From: an uncultured bacterium
GTDB lineage: Bacteria > Macinerneyibacteriota > Macinerneyibacteria > Macinerneyibacteriales > DSCS01
Length of the DNA stretch: 26,654 nt
Direction: 5' to 3'
Assembly (NCBI GenBank): GCA_964548195.1
Contig: CAZJQC010000005.1
Span: forward strand, 1-26,654
The translations under genes were made by a program, and so were the position numbers. Shown here in pieces: positions 1-6,775 of the stretch (position 1 is its first letter; each line of letters begins with the position of its first letter). The notes below the pieces were generated by a model. That model was given only the letters and a program-made list of their open reading frames with translations, searched no databases and was not told where the DNA came from.

Positions 1-340
1 TGGCTCTGAAGATAAAGTAGACGGCGCCAGCCATGCACAATGCGGCCCAGAGATAATCAAACGACAGGCGTTCTTTCATATACAGCCAGGAAAATCCGGC
101 GAACACCGTCATCGTGATGACTTCCTGGATGATCTTCAACTGGCCGAGGCTGTAATACTTTAAACCGATCCTGTTGGCGGGCACCTGAAAACAGTATTCA
201 AGCAATGCCACGCTCCAGCTTAGGAGTATCACAAAATAAAGAGGCTTTCTGCCGAAGTCTCTTAAGTGGCCGTACCAGGCATAGGTCATAAAAACATTCG
301 AGATGATCAAAAGAACAACCGGTGTCAGAGGTCTTAACAT
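1..340 (-). CDS. DMT-superfamily small membrane protein (DUF486-like), 3' end runs off the window
   Basis: Not in the ORF track because no stop lies in the window. Manual translation from ATG at 340 gives MLRPLTPVVLLIISNVFMTYAWYGHLRDFGRKPLYFVILLSWSVALLEYCFQVPANRIGLKYYSLGQLKIIQEVITMTVF..., containing the SNVFMTxAWYGHL, EYxxQVPANRIG and QLKIIQEVIT motifs of DUF486. AGGAG lies at 354-358. Confidence 0.88.
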   Translation of the reverse strand, partial: MLRPLTPVVLLIISNVFMTYAWYGHLRDFGRKPLYFVILLSWSVALLEYCFQVPANRIGLKYYSLGQLKIIQEVITMTVFAGFSWLYMKERLSFDYLWAALCMAGAVYFIFRA

Positions 341-463
341 GATGTCTTTTGCACTCCTTTTTCCCTGATCCCGATCATAATGCCGGACTAACCGGTTCAT
401 TTTACCCGCTCTTTGTCCTTTACACAAATGATTTTCAACATCCTGGCGGGTTTTCTTCTATCG

Positions 464-639
464 GGGTGATGCCCATGTGAAGCGTAATCCGCAGAGCTGA
501 CATGATGAACTTCACGAGACGCAACATCCCGAAGGGTAAGTTAAATCCTTTGAACCCTAAAGGGTGAGTTTGTAATTTAAGTGAAGTCGAGCGATTGGTA
601 AATAGTCAGATCACGGACATCGCCTCATGGGCGTCACCC
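464..639. ncRNA. Putative structured non-coding RNA, long interrupted rod with a central bubble (6S RNA-like), identity and strand uncertain
   Basis: Nested complementary segments: 464-477 with 626-639 (14 bp, one G-U), 488-491 with 614-617, 497-501 with 605-609, an asymmetric bubble, 509-515 with 581-587, and two small apical hairpins. About 176 nt long, intergenic, with no ORF listed in the track. Confidence 0.45.
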
Positions 640-681
640 GCCCCCAAGCGAGCGCAATAAAAATCATCTGCCGCCGTTATA

Positions 682-1022
682 TGGAGGTGGCGGGAATCGA
701 ACCCGCGTCCGAAGACGGTTCACCAGGGAATCTACATGCTTATGACGTCTTTTGTTTTAAAAGCCGGGTAGGATAACGTCCAGACCGTCCGGCTCCGAGT
801 ACCTGAATTTCTCCGCAAAGGCCGGAACATTCCTCTGCGGATGAGCCCGTTAAAGTGATGCCCTTGAAGCCCCACGGGCGCAAACATCAAGGACAGTCGC
901 TAATTAAGCGGCGTATGCTAGATTTTCATCTGCAAGTAAATTTAGTTTGCCGTTTTTACGGTTCCGGCGAACCGGCATGCATCCCGGGATACACCTGCCC
1001 CCGTCGAAGCCTTGTCACCCCC
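682..1022 (-). ncRNA. ssrA: tmRNA (one-piece), tag (A)ADENLAYAA
   Basis: 5' end GGGGGTGACAAGGCTTCGAC and 3' end GACGCGGGTTCGATTCCCGCCACCTCCA form a T-arm and an alanine acceptor stem with the G3:U wobble. The tag reading frame GCA GAT GAA AAT CTA GCA TAC GCC GCT TAA lies at 933-904. CCA is not encoded. Confidence 0.96.
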
Positions 1023-1048
1023 TGAGGGTACGGCATATGCCGTAATGA

Positions 1049-1077
1049 AAACTACTGTCAAATCTATTGTTTGTCAA
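1049..1077 (-). promoter_or_regulatory. Sigma70-type promoter for ssrA
   Basis: TTGACA (1077-1072), 17-nt spacer, TAGTTT (1054-1049). The predicted start is about 20 nt upstream of the mature tmRNA 5' end. Confidence 0.6.
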
Positions 1078-1414
1078 TACCTAAACTTAGAACGGCTTCC
1101 TCAAGCGCGCGACACTTGTCCGTAGTGAAAAAACCGTACAGGTCAAGCATACGGTCCCTTTGAAACGCCCGGTTCCTCTCAAGTATGAGTTTGAACGCTT
1201 CGGCAACCACATACGTGGCAAGGTATTCCACCGCATCGTCATTCTCCTCCTGAAGGCACATGATGTTGCTTTCGCTTCCATCCTTAAAGTAACATATATC
1301 CACCCGGTTAAGTTCCGGCCTGGTGACGGCCATGCGGGTCTCGTCTATATAGATATCCACTTCACCGGGGCTGCTGGAAAACTCAAAACCGAGGTCTATT
1401 TTCAATTCGTTCAT
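1064..1414 (-). CDS. Hypothetical protein, 116 aa
   Basis: Fills the gap between xerD and ssrA on the coding strand, has plausible acidic globular composition and has a promoter-like sequence directly upstream. No family recognised. Confidence 0.65.
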   Translation of the reverse strand: MNELKIDLGFEFSSSPGEVDIYIDETRMAVTRPELNRVDICYFKDGSESNIMCLQEENDDAVEYLATYVVAEAFKLILERNRAFQRDRMLDLYGFFTTDKCRALEEAVLSLGIDKQ

Positions 1415-1420
1415 AATTAG

Positions 1421-1449
1421 AAAATATCACAAAAGCGCATTGCATGCAA
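1421..1449 (-). promoter_or_regulatory. Sigma70-type promoter, probably giving a leaderless mRNA
   Basis: TTGCAT (1449-1444), 17 nt, then TATTTT (1426-1421) preceded by TGn. The ATG follows 6 nt after the -10 box and there is no Shine-Dalgarno sequence. Confidence 0.5.
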
Positions 1450-1484
1450 TACTTTTAACGATCTTAAGCTATGCGTTTAAGAGC

Positions 1485-2369
1485 TCATGACCTGGGATGA
1501 TACTTAAAATACACCTTCCGTATGGCCTCGTCAGAGACATGCGTATAGACCTGGGTGGTCGATATATCGCTGTGCCCCAGCATTTCCTGCACATACCTGA
1601 TATCCGCGCCGTTGTTGAGCAAATGGGTGGCAAAACTATGCCGCAGCGTGTGTGGATGGGCTTCGGGGACTCCAGCATCCGCAAAACGTCTTTTCAATAT
1701 GCGCCATGCTCCCGAACGGCTAAGCGGCCTCCCGCGCAGATTCAGAAACACCTTTTCCTCGGTCTGGCGCATGCCAAGCAAACTGCTTCTTACGGGAAGG
1801 TATTGCTCAAGGGCCTTGACCGCATACTGGCCCATAGGCACCAGCCGCTCCTTGTCGCCCTTGCCGATTATTCTGACAACGGAATATTCCCAGAGTATAC
1901 GGTCCATGTTGAGATCCACCGCCTCGGAAATACGCACCCCCGTGCCGTACATGAACTCCAGCAAAGCCTTGTCTCTTATGCCCTTTTGGCCGGACAGCTC
2001 AACAATATCCAGGATCTCGGACACTTTCTCCGGGGAAAGCACATCGGGAAGAGGGCTCCATCGTTTCGGACTGTCCATAAGTTCCATAGGTGATCTGTCA
2101 AGCACATGTTCTTTTTTGAGATATTTGAAGAACTCCTTGGCGGATGCATAAGCCCTGTATACCGAGGTCCTGGAATACTGTCTCAGCCTGAGCGATTCAA
2201 AATAATCAAGCACATCCATCCTGGAAAGGTCTTCCGGACGACGGCCTTTTTCATCAAAAAAAGCCGCCATCCTTTTCAGATCGCTCCCGTATGCCATCAC
2301 TGTATTCGCGGCCGCATTTTTTTCCACACGGCAGTATCTGAGGAACCCTCTGATCGCTTCCTTATACAT
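1485..2369 (-). CDS. xerD: Site-specific tyrosine recombinase XerD (XerC/D family)
   Basis: N-terminal SAM-like domain (NTVMAYGSDL) and catalytic motifs RDKALLEFMYGTGVRISE, GKGDKERLVP, HPHTLRHSFATHLL and LGHSDISTTQVYTHV, ending in HPRS. Confidence 0.9.
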   Translation of the reverse strand: MYKEAIRGFLRYCRVEKNAAANTVMAYGSDLKRMAAFFDEKGRRPEDLSRMDVLDYFESLRLRQYSRTSVYRAYASAKEFFKYLKKEHVLDRSPMELMDSPKRWSPLPDVLSPEKVSEILDIVELSGQKGIRDKALLEFMYGTGVRISEAVDLNMDRILWEYSVVRIIGKGDKERLVPMGQYAVKALEQYLPVRSSLLGMRQTEEKVFLNLRGRPLSRSGAWRILKRRFADAGVPEAHPHTLRHSFATHLLNNGADIRYVQEMLGHSDISTTQVYTHVSDEAIRKVYFKYHPRS

Positions 2370-2371
2370 GT

Positions 2372-2695
2372 CTATTCGATGACTTCTTCCGCAGGCAGCA
2401 GCAGCATACGCCCAAGCCCTTCGCCCTTAAAATCTATGTCCGCATCCCTGAGCGTTCCCAATACGGCGTCGATCCTGTCGCGCTTTTTAACAACGGATGA
2501 GATGACCTTGCAGTACCGCGACCGCTGATCGTCCCCCGGTATAAGTCCCGCGAATATGGGCATGTGCTGGTTCATGATGTTATCCATATTGACGCCGTCC
2601 ACCACGGTGCCGTTGTCAATACCCGCAGTCGTGAGCGCCAGCATTATATCGTCAAGGTATTCCTCTTTATAAAGCTGAATAATAAAATAATACAT
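2372..2695 (-). CDS. PII-like (GlnB-fold) small protein, non-canonical
   Basis: 107 aa. The pattern follows the PII secondary-structure layout: beta strand, EEYLDDIMLALTTAGI, GTVVDG, long loop, KVISSVV, GLGRMLLLPAEEVI. It lacks the canonical YRG T-loop and the C-terminal RIRTG. Confidence 0.65.
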   Translation of the reverse strand: MYYFIIQLYKEEYLDDIMLALTTAGIDNGTVVDGVNMDNIMNQHMPIFAGLIPGDDQRSRYCKVISSVVKKRDRIDAVLGTLRDADIDFKGEGLGRMLLLPAEEVIE

Positions 2696-2703
2696 GATAC
2701 CCC

Positions 2704-3912
2704 CTATTCTCCGGAATCATTCCGTTCACCGGCTTTTGTAACGGCAAACCTGGTAAGAATCGGCCCCACTATCTCCGTGATAATAGTGGTGAAAAGCAGT
2801 ATGTTGATCACAACCTTCGAAAGCATAAGGCCCGCTTCCCCAAATGCCCCGGTGCCGAACATCTTGTCGACGAGTATGGCAAGCGCTATCGCCACTCCGA
2901 CCTGTGGTATAAGTCCAAGCCCGACATACTTTTTCACGACCTCCGGAGCCTTGCCCAGCGCGGCGCCCAGCGTGCCCCCCGCTGTCTTTCCGATCATCCT
3001 CGCCGCGGTATATACAAGGCCCATCACTCCGACAACAGGCAGCAGCTTGATATCCAGCCTCGCACCCGCGAGTGTGAAGAACATGGCGTAAAAGAGCGGC
3101 CCCAGATGTGTGACAATATTGAGCGACCTGTTATTAAGCGCCGGGTCGATGTTGACGATGACCGCGGCATACGCCATGATAGCCAGCAATTCCGATAAAC
3201 CGAACTGAGTGCTGATCCCCATTATAAGTATCATGGCCGCAGCGATGCGTATCAACAGAAGGTCCGGATGTCTTGTCTTTCCAAACAGAGTTCTGAACAA
3301 GAACGCCACCAATATGCCCAGTATAAGGGACCCGCCGATCTCGACAAGAGGCTTGCCTATGATCTCCGAGACCGACAATGACGTGCCTCTCATGACCGCT
3401 TTTGCTATGGTGGTGGCGAATGCGAATATAATAAGCGCTATCGCATCATCTATGCCGACCACAGCCAGTATGGTCGAGGTCAGAGGCCCCTTTGCCTTGT
3501 ATTGGGACAACACCGCGACTGTGGCCGCAGGGGCAGTGGCTGAAGCCACAGAGCCCAGTACAAGGGCCTGATACAGCTTGTCAGGATGCATGAGGTACAT
3601 GCTTCCGGCAACCAGTAAAAAAGCGCCAATGGCTTCAAAAATAACAATAAAAAATATAGACTTTCCCAAAGACCTGAAGAGAGTGCCCTTCAATTCGGAC
3701 CCTATGGTAAAGGCCATGGCTCCCAGCGCAAAATCATTCACAACCGCCGCGTCCGTAAGAAATCCGTCACCGAACAATCCGATGAGCGATTTTCCGCAGA
3801 TAACGCCCAATATCACATAACCGGTCACCTGCGGCAATCTCAAAATCCTGGACATGCTTTCAGACGCAAGGGCGACTGCAAGAAGTATTCCCAAAAGAAG
3901 CAGATTATTCAT
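2704..3912 (-). CDS. Cation:proton antiporter, CPA2 family (Na+ or K+/H+ exchanger)
   Basis: Highly hydrophobic 402 aa protein with LPQVTGYVILG, FTIGSEL, ATAPAAT, VVGIDD (DD motif), FFTLAGARL, RMIGK and GLIPQVGVAI. Confidence 0.9.
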   Translation of the reverse strand: MNNLLLLGILLAVALASESMSRILRLPQVTGYVILGVICGKSLIGLFGDGFLTDAAVVNDFALGAMAFTIGSELKGTLFRSLGKSIFFIVIFEAIGAFLLVAGSMYLMHPDKLYQALVLGSVASATAPAATVAVLSQYKAKGPLTSTILAVVGIDDAIALIIFAFATTIAKAVMRGTSLSVSEIIGKPLVEIGGSLILGILVAFLFRTLFGKTRHPDLLLIRIAAAMILIMGISTQFGLSELLAIMAYAAVIVNIDPALNNRSLNIVTHLGPLFYAMFFTLAGARLDIKLLPVVGVMGLVYTAARMIGKTAGGTLGAALGKAPEVVKKYVGLGLIPQVGVAIALAILVDKMFGTGAFGEAGLMLSKVVINILLFTTIITEIVGPILTRFAVTKAGERNDSGE

Positions 3913-4358
3913 ATCCCCTCAAACACTCCGTATATCTCATCCACTGAAGCGGCGTTCAGCAGGGTCATTCTTTTCTTCTCGCTTTTTAACACCAGGGCCA
4001 CCTTGGCCAGCACCTTCAGATAGTCATTATGCTGCTCGGTATTGGCGGCTATCATCACGACAAAGTTAACCGGCGCATTGTCAAGAGCGCCCCAATCAAC
4101 GCCTTCCTTTACAACGCCGATGGCTATTACAATATCCCTGGCGTAATCACTTTTGGCGTGGGGTATCGCTATGCCGAGCCCGATCCCGGTGCTCATGATA
4201 TTTTCCCTTTCAACTATGTCGGCATGGAACATATCCTTATCCACGATGCTGTCCGAAGACGCCACCGCATCGCAAAGCGCTGTCATTACCTCATCCTTTT
4301 CCATCCGTTCAAAGACAAAGATCCTGTCTTTAGAGATATAATCTCCTACTTTTATCAT
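3909..4358 (-). CDS. PTS EIIA domain protein (fructose/mannitol/Ntr-type)
   Basis: ERENIMSTGIGLGIAIPHAK carries the phospho-accepting His, followed by GVDWGALD. AGGAGG SD, and an ATGA overlap with the antiporter gene. Confidence 0.92.
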   Translation of the reverse strand: MIKVGDYISKDRIFVFERMEKDEVMTALCDAVASSDSIVDKDMFHADIVERENIMSTGIGLGIAIPHAKSDYARDIVIAIGVVKEGVDWGALDNAPVNFVVMIAANTEQHNDYLKVLAKVALVLKSEKKRMTLLNAASVDEIYGVFEGI

Positions 4359-4381
4359 ATTATTCCTCCTTACTTAAGTGG

Positions 4382-4409
4382 AATATATCACTGCGACATT
4401 ATGAGTCAA
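4382..4409 (-). promoter_or_regulatory. Sigma70-type promoter of the EIIA-antiporter-PII-like-xerD unit
   Basis: TTGACT (4409-4404), 16 nt, then TATATT (4387-4382) preceded by TGn, upstream of the AGGAGG SD. Confidence 0.6.
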
Positions 4410-4492
4410 GAAAAGTATTTGTTACGCGGAAAAGCGCGGCGTCGCAAGCCGATAAAATCTGGCCGTATAACTGCCGGCCGTATCTTATCTTG

Positions 4493-5023
4493 TCAGTTAT
4501 CCCGCGATGAATGGCTGAGTATCCATGCGGCCGCGGACATGATGTCCACAGCGGAATAATCGGCTCTGGTCAGGGTGCCCGCTTCACACAGACGGACTGT
4601 GGAAAGTCCGGCATTGATCCCGAACTCCACATCGCTTTCCTTGTCGCCGACCATAAAGGAATGCCGCATATCTATTTCATAATCTTCCGATACCTCGCGC
4701 AAAAGCCCGGTAGCCGGCTTCCTGCATGTGCAATTGTCTTCCGGCCGATGCGTGCAGTAATAAAAGGCATCCGGCGCGGCACCGTATTCATCAAGCATAC
4801 GCGACAATTCCGCATTGACCGCTTCCACGGCATCGACGCCGAACAATCCCCGCCCGACTCCGGACTGGTTGCTTATCACGATTATAAGAAAACCCTGTTC
4901 CCGCAGCATGGCGAGAGCCCTTCCGGCATGCGGCTTGAGTCTCAGATCACGCGGCTCGTGCAGATAACCGGGATCCTGGTTCAGCGTATCATCCCTGTCA
5001 AAAAAAACAGCTTTGCGTATCAT
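4493..5023 (-). CDS. gmhB: HAD-IIIA phosphatase, D,D-heptose 1,7-bisphosphate phosphatase family
   Basis: AVFFDRDDTLN, ISNQSGVGRG, the Zn site CTH...CTCRKP, and MVGDKESD. Confidence 0.85.
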   Translation of the reverse strand: MIRKAVFFDRDDTLNQDPGYLHEPRDLRLKPHAGRALAMLREQGFLIIVISNQSGVGRGLFGVDAVEAVNAELSRMLDEYGAAPDAFYYCTHRPEDNCTCRKPATGLLREVSEDYEIDMRHSFMVGDKESDVEFGINAGLSTVRLCEAGTLTRADYSAVDIMSAAAWILSHSSRDN

Positions 5024-5754
5024 CTCACCCGCCTCCCGAACAGATGTTCCATGAGTATTGAACCGGCAATGGCGACATTAAGCGATTCCACGCCCTCTGA
5101 AAGCCTTATGCCCGCGGTGAAGGATGCCATGGCTTTGACATCGGCCGAGAGGCCCGCTCCCTCGTTCCCGAGCATCAGGACGACCGGTCCCGCTGCATCT
5201 ATCACGTCCACGTCCACGCCGCCCGCATCCGCGGCCAACAGAAGCGCGCCGCTGTCCCTGAGCAAGGCAAGATGCCTGAACCCTTTGAACACATTGAGCC
5301 CGAATATGTATCCTGCCGAACTTCTGATGACTTTTGGCGACCAGGGGTCCGCGGAATCAGCCGAAAAAATAATATTTTTAAACCCGAAGGCGGCCGCAGA
5401 CCTGATCAGCGTGCCGATGTTTCCCGGATCCTGTATCCTGTCGAAATAGAGACTGTCAGCGGCCACGGGCATTTCCGGGCAAACCGGCATCCCAAAGACA
5501 GCGATCACGGGATATGGCGTCTTCGTGGAGGACATGGCAGCCATCTCATCCTCGGTGCATAAAACCGCTCCCCCCATGTACGGCAGAGAGGCCGTCTTTT
5601 CCACAGAAGATGCATATATACGGCTTGTCTTTAAACCGTTTTTCACGGCGAGGCTGACCGCATTATACCCCTCTACAAGTATCAATCCGGCATGTTCACG
5701 GTCTTTCGACTTATGCAATGCCCTTATTGATGCGATCTCCTTCTTCCCTAACAT
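5020..5754 (-). CDS. TrmH/SpoU-family RNA 2'-O-methyltransferase
   Basis: SPOUT motifs IQDPGNIGTLIRSAAAFG, LGNEGAGL and ESLNVAIAGSI. Confidence 0.92.
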   Translation of the reverse strand: MLGKKEIASIRALHKSKDREHAGLILVEGYNAVSLAVKNGLKTSRIYASSVEKTASLPYMGGAVLCTEDEMAAMSSTKTPYPVIAVFGMPVCPEMPVAADSLYFDRIQDPGNIGTLIRSAAAFGFKNIIFSADSADPWSPKVIRSSAGYIFGLNVFKGFRHLALLRDSGALLLAADAGGVDVDVIDAAGPVVLMLGNEGAGLSADVKAMASFTAGIRLSEGVESLNVAIAGSILMEHLFGRRVR

Positions 5755-5755
5755 C

Positions 5756-6775
5756 TCAATCCCCCAGTATCAGCATGGAATCGCCAAATGAAAAGAACCT
5801 GTATTCCTCCCTGACGGCTTCCCTGTAGACGTCCAGTATCTCATCCCGGCCGGTCAATGCGGCCACAAGCATAATAAGCGTTGATTTTGGCAGATGGAAG
5901 TTTGTGATAAGATTGTCAACCGCCTTAAAAGTATATCCGGGATATATAAAGATGTCGCTCCAGCCCTTGTCCGCACGGATCGCTCCCCCGGAAGCTATGT
6001 GCTCAAGTGTTCGGGTGACCGTTGTGCCGCACGCGAACAAACCGCCTTCAGTCCTGTTTATGGCGCTGGCGGCCTCTTCCGAAAGCTCATAGTATTCGCT
6101 GTGCATCCTGTGGTCTTCAACGCTGTCTGTCTTGACCGGCAGAAAAGTGCCCATGCCCACATGCAGCGTCAGATATTCCACATCGACACCTTTAAGTCGA
6201 AGTTTCTCAATCATCTCTTCCGTGAAATGAAGCCCCGCCGTGGGTGCGGCGACAGAGCCCTCTTTTTTTGCGTATACGGTCTGGTAGCGGCTGCGCAGGT
6301 ACTCCTGGTCATCATTGCCAATATAAGGGGGTACCGGCATTTTGCCATGCGCATCGAGAAATGCCATGACATCCGTGCCCCGGGGAAAGGATACGACCAC
6401 TCCGCCCCAATCCGTCTTTTCAGATACGGTCAGCGTCATCCCGCCCGCCAATATCCCGGTACCGGCTCTCAGCCTTTTTGCAGGCCTGGCCATGGCTTCC
6501 CACTTTTCGTCGGAAAGCGCCCTTACAAAAAGCAGTTCCACTTCGGCGCCAGTGACTTTCTCGCCGTACACCCGCGCCGGTATCACCTTCGTGTCATTGA
6601 GCACGACGCAGTCGCCCGGACTGAAATATTCATGTATGTCGGAAAACACCCTGTGTTCGATTTTTTTTGAGATCCTGTGGTATACCAGCAGCCGGGACAT
6701 GTCCCTTTTATCTGCATGGCTTTGAGCTATAAGTCTCTTCGGCAGTTCAAAATCGAAATCATCGACTTTCATCAT
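5756..6775 (-). CDS. queA: S-adenosylmethionine:tRNA ribosyltransferase-isomerase
   Basis: DFDFELP..LIAQ, NDTKVIPAR, PPYI, YQTVYA..GSVAAPTAGLHF, TNFHLPKSTL and YRFFSFGD. The start could also be the second ATG at 6772. Confidence 0.97.
   Translation of the reverse strand: MMKVDDFDFELPKRLIAQSHADKRDMSRLLVYHRISKKIEHRVFSDIHEYFSPGDCVVLNDTKVIPARVYGEKVTGAEVELLFVRALSDEKWEAMARPAKRLRAGTGILAGGMTLTVSEKTDWGGVVVSFPRGTDVMAFLDAHGKMPVPPYIGNDDQEYLRSRYQTVYAKKEGSVAAPTAGLHFTEEMIEKLRLKGVDVEYLTLHVGMGTFLPVKTDSVEDHRMHSEYYELSEEAASAINRTEGGLFACGTTVTRTLEHIASGGAIRADKGWSDIFIYPGYTFKAVDNLITNFHLPKSTLIMLVAALTGRDEILDVYREAVREEYRFFSFGDSMLILGD

Noticed and set aside
464..639. SRP RNA, RNase P RNA, riboswitch or CRISPR identity for the structured element
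   Set aside because: It lacks the SRP helix-8 motif, the RNase P GAGGAAAGUCC motif and any aptamer consensus I recognise. Two imperfect 17-nt repeats do not make a CRISPR array.
682..715. tRNA gene suggested by GGTTCGATTCC
   Set aside because: This is the T-arm of the tmRNA. The matching 5' acceptor strand is about 340 nt away, with a tag ORF in between.
682..2369. Tyrosine recombinase near tmRNA as a sign of an integrated island or prophage
   Set aside because: The recombinase is a typical ~295-aa XerD lying on the 5' side of ssrA. No att duplication, phage genes or cargo genes were noticed.
4451..4489. Imperfect hairpin after gmhB as a terminator
   Set aside because: The stem has several mismatches and lacks a proper U-tract, so it is too weak to call.
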